From: a virus
Virus record (IMG/VR): IMGVR_UViG_3300028920_000034
Location: 89,115 to 153,114 of that record
Direction: 5' to 3' (one strand)
Length of the DNA: 64,000 nt
Each line of letters begins with the position of its first letter. The first letter of the stretch is position 1. Under the pieces are notes generated by a model. It searched no databases and was not told where the DNA came from. It worked only from the letters and a program-made list of their open reading frames with translations. A program made the position numbers and the translations under genes. This document shows, piece by piece, positions 19,343 through 27,495 of the stretch.

Positions 19343-20254
19343 CTACTTGACCGCCAGGTCACCCTTGGCGATGTGAATGGTGGCCACCTTGGTGAGCCCC
19401 ATGAACTTCAGTGCGCGCTTGGCCCCGGAGGCGTCCGGGGCCGTCATCACCAGGTGGAAGTCCGCCTGGCGGGGCTCCTGCATCCCGGGGAGCTGCACCT
19501 GCTTCAGGCGCACCGCCTGGCCGATGGCCTCGAGGGCCGGCCGCCGCATCTCTGCCCCCTCGTCCAACAGGAGCACCCCCTGGTTGGCCATGGTGAGCTC
19601 GCCTTCCACGTAGCGGCCGTTCCGCACCGTCCCGATCAGGCCCTTCATGCTCACCGTGTAGTGCGGGGCGCGAAGGGGCCCCTTCACCATCTCCGCGATG
19701 CGCCTGGCGATCATGATCCTCCCGGACCCTGGCTGGCCGGTCAGGATGATCGGAATGTCCTGCATGATGGCCTTCAAGATCTGGTCCACCACCTTTTTCC
19801 GGACCGTCAGGTCCCGGAACTGGGTCATCCCGGGCCGGCTCGCGCGGGCCTCGGTGAGCGGCTCCGGTTCGCTGGCTCGCGGCGCGCGGATGGTCTCCAG
19901 GAGGGTGCCCAGCTTGGCCGCCCTGGTCTCCTCCACCGGGCCCAGCTCGCTCAGGTACAGATACCCTGTACCGTCACCGGACTCGACCACGCACGCGGCT
20001 CCGCCGTCCGGGAGCTCGAAGCATGTCCGGCCGCTTTTGCTCACGGACTCCTCGAGCCCGAGCAATCCAAGGGCATGGGCAAAGCCTTTGCAGTCCTTGC
20101 TCTCGGTGAACGCGATCCACGCCGCTCCCGCCGGGGGGTCCGGCACTCCCAACGCATGGTCCCCATGCTTCGTGTAGGCCACGCTGTAGCCGCTGCGTTG
20201 CATCCGCCGGCTGATGGCCAGCATGGTCTTTCTGTACGGATGGCTGCGTCTCAT
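19343..20254 (-). CDS. Two-module protein; C-terminal ComM/YifB (Mg-chelatase-like) AAA+ fragment with degenerate Walker A
   Basis: GQPGSGRIMIARRI, PLRAPHYTVS..GLIG, GELTMANQGVLLLDE; preceded by linker KLGTLLETIR...LTE|A. Confidence 0.75.
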   Translation of the reverse strand: MRRSHPYRKTMLAISRRMQRSGYSVAYTKHGDHALGVPDPPAGAAWIAFTESKDCKGFAHALGLLGLEESVSKSGRTCFELPDGGAACVVESGDGTGYLYLSELGPVEETRAAKLGTLLETIRAPRASEPEPLTEARASRPGMTQFRDLTVRKKVVDQILKAIMQDIPIILTGQPGSGRIMIARRIAEMVKGPLRAPHYTVSMKGLIGTVRNGRYVEGELTMANQGVLLLDEGAEMRRPALEAIGQAVRLKQVQLPGMQEPRQADFHLVMTAPDASGAKRALKFMGLTKVATIHIAKGDLAVK

Positions 20255-20264
20255 GTGTCTTCCT

Positions 20265-20960
20265 TTACGCCGGCTTGTACTTGATCTCCACGGTGTCTCC
20301 CAGAATGCCTCGGAAGCCACTCCGGCTCGGGTCTCCGCGCCAATACTCGCGCCCCTTCAGGTAGCCCCATGTCGGATAGGGCTTCCTTCCTCGCGTGTTG
20401 TAGAGCTCGAAATGCTGATCTGCCTTTGATTTCGCCGGAAGGGGAACCTGTGCCCCCTTGAGCACACGTTCTTTTCGGACCACCTTGCGCTTGCGCTTGT
20501 CATACACCTCGTAATACTCGCGCACCGTCACCTTTGCGAGGGCCCACTTGCCAGGATCGGCTGGAACTGGCGACGGCTTGGCCGCTGGTTTACGTTTCAC
20601 TCGGGGCGGGGGCGCCCACGCGGGGAGATCTCCGCCAGGCCCATCGAAACCCATGGCCCACTTGGGCACCTCGTCCTCGCCCAGTGCCTCTTCGCGGAGC
20701 TCACCGAGGAGCTCGCCCAGGGAGTCATGGTCCTCCTTGATCCCCTTGAGCACCCATGCCATGGCGTCTTCCTTGGTTTTGAAGCCGCTGGCCTTCACGT
20801 CACGGTTGCGGTAGTTGCGGACCAGCACGTCGCCGCGGGCCGCGCCCCACCCGGCTGCCATCGTTTTCCAGACGGAACCGAGAACCTTGTTCCCGCGCAT
20901 GACTTCGTAGCTGTTGCCCTCATCGTTGTACTTTGGTGGAACCAATCTCGCCTTGGCCAT
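20265..20960 (-). CDS. Two-module putative cargo protein
   Basis: Internal linker DSLGELLGELREEALGE. Confidence 0.7.
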   Translation of the reverse strand: MAKARLVPPKYNDEGNSYEVMRGNKVLGSVWKTMAAGWGAARGDVLVRNYRNRDVKASGFKTKEDAMAWVLKGIKEDHDSLGELLGELREEALGEDEVPKWAMGFDGPGGDLPAWAPPPRVKRKPAAKPSPVPADPGKWALAKVTVREYYEVYDKRKRKVVRKERVLKGAQVPLPAKSKADQHFELYNTRGRKPYPTWGYLKGREYWRGDPSRSGFRGILGDTVEIKYKPA

Positions 20961-20969
20961 GATGCTCTC

Positions 20970-22334
20970 CTACTTCGTGAGTCCGCTGATGGTGAGCCAT
21001 TTCGCCTCGCCGTCCTTGCCGGCGTAGAAGCCCACCAGAGTCACTCGGCCGCTCCCGGTGGACTTGTACTCCTCGTTCACGGCGAGGCGCCACCCGAGGT
21101 ACTTCGATCCGGATGGTGCGTACTTCTGCACCATGGCCTTGGCATGGCGTCCAATCTGCACCGGGTCGATAAGCGGAAGCCCTTGCATGTTGCTCGGAAT
21201 CTTCGCCTCACCCAGGAACTCGCCTTCCAGCTCAGTGGCCTCGTACTGCATGGCCCGCTTCACCTGGAGAGGCTTCACCCACGCCGGGTGGCCGTCCAGG
21301 TCCCCGTAGGGGTTGAAACAGACCAGGTAGTGGCCTCTGTCCATGCTCCCCCGGATCAGCTTGAGGAGCGCCGCGGAGCCACCGGGGGCGATCAGCCGAA
21401 CCAGGTCGCGCGGAAGGGGCCCCTGGGCGTCACCCTTGGTGGGGTACACGCGCACCACCTTGAACTGTTGGCCGTCCGCCTCGAAGGGCTGCCCGGGGCG
21501 CGGAAGGGGCGCCCGCTCCTCGAGGTACTCTCCTCCCAGCTCAAAGTCCTCCCTCACATTGGACTTGGGCTTCTTTCCGTCCTTGAGGGCCTGAACGATC
21601 TGGCGCGCAATCACCCTGGCACTGTTCCAGTGCGGATCCTTCACACCGTACAGCTTGGCCAGGTACTGCATTTCAGGCACCGTCAGGTTGGCCGCCTCCA
21701 TCTTGCGCTGGAGGATGACAGCGAACGCATCGAAGCCGTACTGGTCACCCGGATACTCGCCGTCCAGGTGCCCCTTGCCCATCCGCTTGTGATAGGCGTA
21801 GAACTCCTTGGCCATCTTGTGCAGGTCCGCACCCGTGGCCTCCTCGAGACTGTCCTCGCTGCGAAGCTCACCGAGAAGTCTCTTGAGCTTCCCAGCCATC
21901 GCATCGCCCTCCAGTTGGCTGGGCGCGATCTCGCTCAGGAACACGTACCCGGTAAACGTGGCCATCGGCTTGAACGCTCCACGGAACGGATCCAACACCA
22001 CGTAGGCGTAGACACCCTTGCCAGGGCCGATGAACTCTTCGCGCTCCACGCCGTTGATGTTCCCGCTTCCCTCGTGTCGCCACCCACCGCCGCGCTGCAT
22101 GGCCGTGGAAAGCAAGGAGCGGAACTCATCGTACTGAGCTGGACCACCGGGAATCGGATAGCCCATGCCGTCCTTTTCCCGGTTGGTGTACTCGAAGGTG
22201 AGCCACTTGGTACCCTCTGGCGGATTCGGAATGCGGAACTGGCGCACTCCGCCGGACCGCCCTTTCACCTTGAAGCCATGCTTCTTGAGCGAAGATCCGA
22301 TGGCGGAGATCAGCTTTGGGTAATGCTTGCTCAT
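20970..22334 (-). CDS. Putative cargo polyprotein (about 4 modules)
   Basis: Linkers KLKRLLGELRSEDSLEE|A, YLEE|R, FLGE|A. Confidence 0.7.
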   Translation of the reverse strand: MSKHYPKLISAIGSSLKKHGFKVKGRSGGVRQFRIPNPPEGTKWLTFEYTNREKDGMGYPIPGGPAQYDEFRSLLSTAMQRGGGWRHEGSGNINGVEREEFIGPGKGVYAYVVLDPFRGAFKPMATFTGYVFLSEIAPSQLEGDAMAGKLKRLLGELRSEDSLEEATGADLHKMAKEFYAYHKRMGKGHLDGEYPGDQYGFDAFAVILQRKMEAANLTVPEMQYLAKLYGVKDPHWNSARVIARQIVQALKDGKKPKSNVREDFELGGEYLEERAPLPRPGQPFEADGQQFKVVRVYPTKGDAQGPLPRDLVRLIAPGGSAALLKLIRGSMDRGHYLVCFNPYGDLDGHPAWVKPLQVKRAMQYEATELEGEFLGEAKIPSNMQGLPLIDPVQIGRHAKAMVQKYAPSGSKYLGWRLAVNEEYKSTGSGRVTLVGFYAGKDGEAKWLTISGLTK

Positions 22335-22343
22335 GGTGTTCTC

Positions 22344-22910
22344 CTACCGGTACTTGCCACCGCGGATTTGAAAGCTGTCCTTGGGCGCACGGCCGGTCTT
22401 CTTGTCGCCGTACATCTGAAGGGCGCCCGGGGTGTAGCCTTCGATCATCTCGCTGTCCGCAATGGTGACAAACGTGCCGATCTGCCCGGCAATATCCCCA
22501 GGGGTGCTGTCATCGGACATGGCTTGCTCGCCCGTCTTGTAGATGCTCCCGCCCTTCATGGTCTTCCCGGTGGCCCGATACTTGAGCACCGGCTCACGGT
22601 CCCACCACTGGAGCTCCACGGCCATGGTGTAGCTGCCACCGTATCGCCCGCTCGCGCGCACGCGGAGGATCTTCCCCTTCACCCCCCACTTGTACTTCGC
22701 CAGGGAGAGCTTCGCCGCGTTGGACAGCGGGCCTTTAAGCCGGCGCGCCGCTTCCTCGAGCACACCCACCATCATGGCGTCCCGGCGAGCTGCCAGAGAG
22801 CCAGCCGTGGCCTCGTCCAGGACGGCTTCGGTCTCGTCCACTAGATCCATCTCCACGTCGTGCCCCTCGCGGAGCATCCCCAGAAGATTGAGTAGCTTGC
22901 TGGTGTCCAT
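22344..22910 (-). CDS. Putative cargo protein
   Basis: Leader MDTSKLLNLLGMLREG...VLDE|A. Confidence 0.7.
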   Translation of the reverse strand: MDTSKLLNLLGMLREGHDVEMDLVDETEAVLDEATAGSLAARRDAMMVGVLEEAARRLKGPLSNAAKLSLAKYKWGVKGKILRVRASGRYGGSYTMAVELQWWDREPVLKYRATGKTMKGGSIYKTGEQAMSDDSTPGDIAGQIGTFVTIADSEMIEGYTPGALQMYGDKKTGRAPKDSFQIRGGKYR

Positions 22911-22918
22911 GGTACGCC

Positions 22919-23368
22919 TCACTTCCAGTCCGGGAGCTCCACCGCCACCGCCTTGAAAAGCTCCTCCGCGGCACCACCGAGATACCCGTGGCACTCGTTC
23001 ATGTCCTTGTTGACCTTGAGCATGAGCTCCACCATGTCAGGAATGCTGCGACCGTCACCCCGACCAGCTTGTTTCATTGCCGGCTCGAGTTGCTTCATCA
23101 GCTTCTCGGCCTTGGCCAGGTCCGCACGATGGGACTTCACCATATCGTGGAACGCTTCGATGTTGGCCATGAGCTGTTTGTACTGTGGGGGCTTGAACGC
23201 AGGCTTCCACCTGGACTCATCCAGCTCCTCGTCCTCCCCGAACATCTCGGGCTCGTACTCCTGGAGCCAGGCATCGAAGCCCTCCGCGGGCTCATTGGTC
23301 TCCTCGGGCTCGAGGCCGAGCTGGGAGCGGATGGATTCGATCAGGTCTCTTCCGGTCTCGGTGGGCAT
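22919..23368 (-). CDS. Putative cargo protein
   Basis: Leader DLIESIRSQLGLEP...ELDE|S. Confidence 0.7.
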   Translation of the reverse strand: MPTETGRDLIESIRSQLGLEPEETNEPAEGFDAWLQEYEPEMFGEDEELDESRWKPAFKPPQYKQLMANIEAFHDMVKSHRADLAKAEKLMKQLEPAMKQAGRGDGRSIPDMVELMLKVNKDMNECHGYLGGAAEELFKAVAVELPDWK

Positions 23369-23406
23369 TGTCGCCTCCTGGTGTGTTCTGCCTAGTGTCC
23401 TGCATA

Positions 23407-23426
23407 TCCTACATGGCGGACACCTG
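23407..23426 (-). promoter_or_regulatory. 20 bp motif upstream of cargo operon (copy 1)
   Basis: CAGGTGTCCGCCATGTAGGA; 18/20 identical to 30906-30925. Confidence 0.55.
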
Positions 23427-23458
23427 ACAAGTCACGCGGATTTTTGGCCCCCCGATTT

Positions 23459-23530
23459 TTGGCACGCCTGTTGCTTCTTCTTAATTAACCTTATCTCTCC
23501 CTTTGGAGAGTAAGAGTCAAGAGGGTCTCC
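23459..23530 (+). repeat. ~70 bp intergenic element, copy C
   Basis: TTGGCACGCCTGTTGCTTCTTCTTAATTAACCTTATCTCTCCCTTTGGAGAGTAAGAGTCAAGAGGGTCTCC. Confidence 0.85.
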
Positions 23531-23664
23531 GGTGGGCTAGTGGCGTCTTGGGCCGCCCAGAATGCGCCCGATGGTGCGCCACGCCGCGAGCCATGCGAGC
23601 CATGCGAGGGTGCCAGCCACGGCTACGGCGCCGGTGCCCACCAGGAGCCATCCCCACCAGGGCA

Positions 23665-23958
23665 TCAGGACCCAAGGCGCGTGGTGATCTGCTCACCGGC
23701 GGAGATTGGCAGGACGCTCAGGTATCCCTCGAGCCAGTCCGGGTCGCATCCCTCCGCGGGAAGCGCCAGCACATCGTCGGGGTTGCCGTCCGGGCGCACC
23801 GCCTGGCGCATTGCCTCCTTGGCCGCCTGGCGCCCGATCATCCATTGCTCGCGCTGGGCCAGCGTCTTGTCCGCCATGCTGGTGACGCCCGGGGTGGCCT
23901 CGTCCGGCTCACCGAGTAGGGTTCTCGCTGCGACAATCGGATCGGTCTCTTCTGGCAT
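23665..23958 (-). CDS. Small protein with DWxEGYLSxLP domain
   Basis: GGAGG RBS; motif shared with the first module of 27496..29139. Confidence 0.65.
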   Translation of the reverse strand: MPEETDPIVAARTLLGEPDEATPGVTSMADKTLAQREQWMIGRQAAKEAMRQAVRPDGNPDDVLALPAEGCDPDWLEGYLSVLPISAGEQITTRLGS

Positions 23959-23981
23959 TGGTTCCTCCTGTGCCCCCGATT

Positions 23982-24575
23982 CTACTCGGGGCGCGCGCAC
24001 GCGGCAACGGCCGGGGTGGCCCAGGGGTTGTTGTGCTTCGGATAGAGCACCACCCTGGCGAGCTCGGCCTTGAACAGCTTGAGGTTCGGAGCCGTCACCA
24101 CGATGCGTCCCCACTGGACCGTCGCCCGGAAGTTGCACACGCACGGGCACGCGGGAGTAGGCGTGCGAAGCCCACAGCACTCGTCCTTGATCTGGAGTCC
24201 CTTGGCTCGGCAGAGCTCGCACCTGGCGAGTGAGGGGACGAGCTGCTCCCCGGAGCACTTGGACACGTACCAGTCCGGGGGCACCATGACGGCGAAGCTC
24301 CGGCGACGAATCTCCTTGATCTCCCCGGCCGCCACCAGGCACGCCTCGAGGTGGTCCACCAGGGTGTCCACCCGGGCCCGGAACGCATCGGTGTCCTGGT
24401 CCGCGGGGGTCCAGATGGGTGTGCCCTTGGGCGTGGCGCGCCACTTGTCGCACTGGGGCATCTTGTAGCTGGTGGGGCTGGACAGGAAGGCGCTGTAGGG
24501 CTTGACCAGCTTGGGGCAGCCGCACGCCGCCAGGGCCACCGCGGCCCCGGCCAGGAGCATGGTGAGGCGCCTCAT
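23982..24575 (-). CDS. Cys-rich lipoprotein
   Basis: MRRLTMLLAGAAVALAA|C; many Cys. Confidence 0.65.
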   Translation of the reverse strand: MRRLTMLLAGAAVALAACGCPKLVKPYSAFLSSPTSYKMPQCDKWRATPKGTPIWTPADQDTDAFRARVDTLVDHLEACLVAAGEIKEIRRRSFAVMVPPDWYVSKCSGEQLVPSLARCELCRAKGLQIKDECCGLRTPTPACPCVCNFRATVQWGRIVVTAPNLKLFKAELARVVLYPKHNNPWATPAVAACARPE

Positions 24576-25045
24576 CGGAACACGGTGTTGCAGTCGGGCA
24601 CCAGCTCGGTGGGCCTTGAGGCCGAGACGTTGTGCTGGATCTTGACTTCCTTGGAGCTCCCCGGCTGGACGGTCACCCCCTTTCGGGAGTTGGTGGAAGC
24701 CGTGTAGTCCGAGCTCACGGTGGTGTCCCCGTCCGTGTGGCTGCCGCCATCGAACTTCAGGTGGCACGTCACGTCCCCGGTGACGGCCTTGGCCGTGGGG
24801 TTGTGGAGCCAGACGGTCACGGTCACGAAGTAGGTGCAGCCGGTGTTGTCGCACTGGCCGGGCAAGATCCACAGTTTCTTGACCACGGTTTGGTGGGGTC
24901 CTGCCTGGGCTGGGTCCCCGCGGTAAGGCTTGTCCTTGGATTCCTGGGTTCCTCCGAACACGTCACACCGCTTGCAGCCGCCGCCGGTGAGGAGCCAAGC
25001 GATGGCCAGGAGCACCACCAGGATAAGGGTCAGGGTCCGGTTCAT
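24572..25045 (-). CDS. Secreted/lipoprotein, beta-rich
   Basis: N-terminal hydrophobic segment ending TGGGC; GGAGG RBS. Confidence 0.65.
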   Translation of the reverse strand: MNRTLTLILVVLLAIAWLLTGGGCKRCDVFGGTQESKDKPYRGDPAQAGPHQTVVKKLWILPGQCDNTGCTYFVTVTVWLHNPTAKAVTGDVTCHLKFDGGSHTDGDTTVSSDYTASTNSRKGVTVQPGSSKEVKIQHNVSASRPTELVPDCNTVFR

Positions 25046-25226
25046 GATTCACCTCCGGTGCAGAGCATCGTAGCCCACCAGGTGAGCTGCCCGGAATAAT
25101 TTTCGGCCGATTTTCACCGCTACCGGCCACGCCGTGGGGGTTTTGCCTGTGCTTTTCAGTAGGTTGCGCCTGATTTTCGGCGCGTGATGAAACCCTCAAT
25201 CGGGTCGCCAAAACCGGAAGTGAGGG

Positions 25227-26261
25227 TCATGCGCGCTTGGCCAAGAGGGCCTCGAGGGCCCGCTTCTTGGCCTTGAGCTTGCGCTCGAGCTCCTCCGCCT
25301 CGCGCCCGGCCGCGCGGTCCCGGTAGCTCATGCCACGCTCTGCCAGCCGCCGCTCACGCCAGTCGTGCGTCACTCCGAACCCGGAGTCCTTGCGGGCCTC
25401 CGCTTCCGTCTTGCGCCTCGAGTACACGAAGGCGTCCCCGCAGCTCACCTTGAAGTTGGTGCCGTACTTCCCACCCGAGGGCCCCACCTCTACCGGCGGG
25501 GGCTGCATCTTCTGGATCTGCTTCCAGATGGTGCTGTACTTCTTGGCCCGGTCCTTGAGGGCCGCGAGCTTGCGCTCCCACTTGGCGATGGTCTTCGCCG
25601 CGCTGGCGCCGGCCTTGGCTGTTGGCAGCAATGAGCTGCCCTTCATGCAGTTCGTCCCCACCACAGCCGTCCGCTTGTCTGCGAGCTGGACGGTGGCATG
25701 GACTTCGTGGGGGCGCCCGCACCTGGCGCACCAGCTCTCGGTGCCCGAGCCCTTGATCGGCACCCAGCGGTCATCGATCTCCTCATAGTCCCGGGTGTCC
25801 ACCACGTCCAAGATCTTGACGATGGTGTCCGGGTCCAGGCCGCCCTTCCAGCGCGTGCGCCGCTGGCGCGGGGGCTTGCGCTTGCTCGTCTTGGCAGCGA
25901 AGTCCAGTACGATCTGGCTCGCTTCGCCCAGGAGCTCCTTGGCGCCCGGGGCGAGCTCAATGGCGATGCTTTGAACGTGTGCCATGTACCCTGGTTCCCG
26001 TGGCACGCGATAGCCGTCCGCGGTCCTGAGAACGGCCAGGCCCTTGTCCACCAGAGACTTGCAGGCGTTGTAGTCCCGGCCGCCCCCACGTGTTCCGTGT
26101 GCAGACCGTGGCCCATGATAGGACCATGCCTCCGCCGTGTAGTAGCCTCTGGATGGATCCAGGAGCTGCTTCAAGATCTTCTGTTCCGTCTTGTTGAGCC
26201 TGGAGCGCCGTGGTCGCGCTTCCGCCAGAAGTTGCGCGAGCTCCTCGAGTAGTTGCTTCAT
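25227..26261 (-). CDS. Two-module putative cargo protein with CxxC...VGxxC motif
   Basis: Leader MKQLLEELAQLLAE|A; internal LLGE|A. Confidence 0.7.
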   Translation of the reverse strand: MKQLLEELAQLLAEARPRRSRLNKTEQKILKQLLDPSRGYYTAEAWSYHGPRSAHGTRGGGRDYNACKSLVDKGLAVLRTADGYRVPREPGYMAHVQSIAIELAPGAKELLGEASQIVLDFAAKTSKRKPPRQRRTRWKGGLDPDTIVKILDVVDTRDYEEIDDRWVPIKGSGTESWCARCGRPHEVHATVQLADKRTAVVGTNCMKGSSLLPTAKAGASAAKTIAKWERKLAALKDRAKKYSTIWKQIQKMQPPPVEVGPSGGKYGTNFKVSCGDAFVYSRRKTEAEARKDSGFGVTHDWRERRLAERGMSYRDRAAGREAEELERKLKAKKRALEALLAKRA

Positions 26262-26264
26262 GGC

Positions 26265-27494
26265 TCAGTCCCTGTTGAGCACCTTGGACACCAGGCGCTC
26301 GTATTCCACGCCTTGCCCGACATGATGCTGATCGTCGTCCTCGAATTCAGCGAACGGATCGTGCCCCGCTTGCTCGAGATAGTAGCTCACGTACTCGCGC
26401 TTGGCCGCGCCAGCGGGGACCGTCTTGAGCCAGTTGACGAACAGCTCTCCGCCGTAGGCCATCTTCGTGGCACGCTTGGACGCCTTGGCGCCCTTGGTGG
26501 CGAGCTGCTTCACGGCCGTGAGGTAGGCCACGGTCCACATCTGCCCGGCCTTGCGTTGCTTGCTCTCGTCCCACCCGAGGCTGTCCAGGATGTTGGCCAG
26601 CGAATTGGTCTCACCCATGTCGCAGTTGATCGACGGGCGCCGCTTCCACTGCTCCCAGCCTTCCAGGATGCCACCTCCGAACGCCTCGGATGCCTCCTTG
26701 GACCGCTGATCGATCTGCGCCCTGGCCACCACAGCCATCGCCTCGCGGATTTCTCCCACGATGCGCTCGAGCACCTGGAGCCCCTCCTTGTAGAGCTCCT
26801 TGTACTTGCCTTGCCCGCGCATCTCGTGAGGCATCTTCTGGGCGAGTACCCGGTCCTGGGCCGGGGAGAGCTCGCGGCCGGTCTGGAGCTGGGCCACCAG
26901 GGACTGAAGGAAGTCGTCGTCCTGGTAGGTGGGGATGGCTTGGATCTTGGAGATCATCGGAGCGTTCTTCTGGGCCCTGGCCTCCTGGGCCTTCCGCTCA
27001 CCGTGGGCATCGTACAGGGTAGGCGCATCACCGTCGCGCTCGAAGGTGGTCTGCTCCACCCCGATCACTTCGCCGCCGTGATGCGAGTCCGCCTCCTTGC
27101 CCCGGCCAGCGCGCACCTTGAGCTTGGCCCGAGCCACCACTCCTCCGCCGTCCACCACGAAAGCGAAACCGTAGTAGCGGACCTTGCTGGCCGTCCGTGT
27201 GCCGAAACCTTGAATCCGGTCGGTCACCATGACGGCCATGTCGTTCGGGCCCTTGAGGTACGGCCGGGCCCACTGCTTCACCAGTGGGTTCGCCTTGAAC
27301 CACCTGTCCTGGAGCTTGCGGTAGAGGAACTTCGCCTGGGCCGGAGACTTGAACTTGCCCCCGTTGTACTTGGCCAGGGAGTTGAGGGACTTCATCATGT
27401 CCTGTGGGTCGGGCCCACCGAGCCCCTCCACCAGCTCTGCGAGCTCCTCGAGGAGCATTAACGGGTATCGCTGTTTGTAGGTGGCCTTGTTCAT
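26265..27494 (-). CDS. Putative cargo protein
   Basis: Leader LLEELAELVE|G near the start; exact start uncertain. Confidence 0.65.
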   Translation of the reverse strand: MNKATYKQRYPLMLLEELAELVEGLGGPDPQDMMKSLNSLAKYNGGKFKSPAQAKFLYRKLQDRWFKANPLVKQWARPYLKGPNDMAVMVTDRIQGFGTRTASKVRYYGFAFVVDGGGVVARAKLKVRAGRGKEADSHHGGEVIGVEQTTFERDGDAPTLYDAHGERKAQEARAQKNAPMISKIQAIPTYQDDDFLQSLVAQLQTGRELSPAQDRVLAQKMPHEMRGQGKYKELYKEGLQVLERIVGEIREAMAVVARAQIDQRSKEASEAFGGGILEGWEQWKRRPSINCDMGETNSLANILDSLGWDESKQRKAGQMWTVAYLTAVKQLATKGAKASKRATKMAYGGELFVNWLKTVPAGAAKREYVSYYLEQAGHDPFAEFEDDDQHHVGQGVEYERLVSKVLNRD

Positions 27495-27495
27495 G

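Noticed and set aside
4612-22844. Long plus-strand ORFs (e.g. 4612..6330, 6200..7771, 10328..11947, 20727..22844)
   Set aside because: Antisense shadows of high-GC minus-strand genes; no recognisable motifs
23665-23958. Ribosome modulation factor-like call for the DWxEGY domain
   Set aside because: Lacks the CPY motif; resemblance too weak
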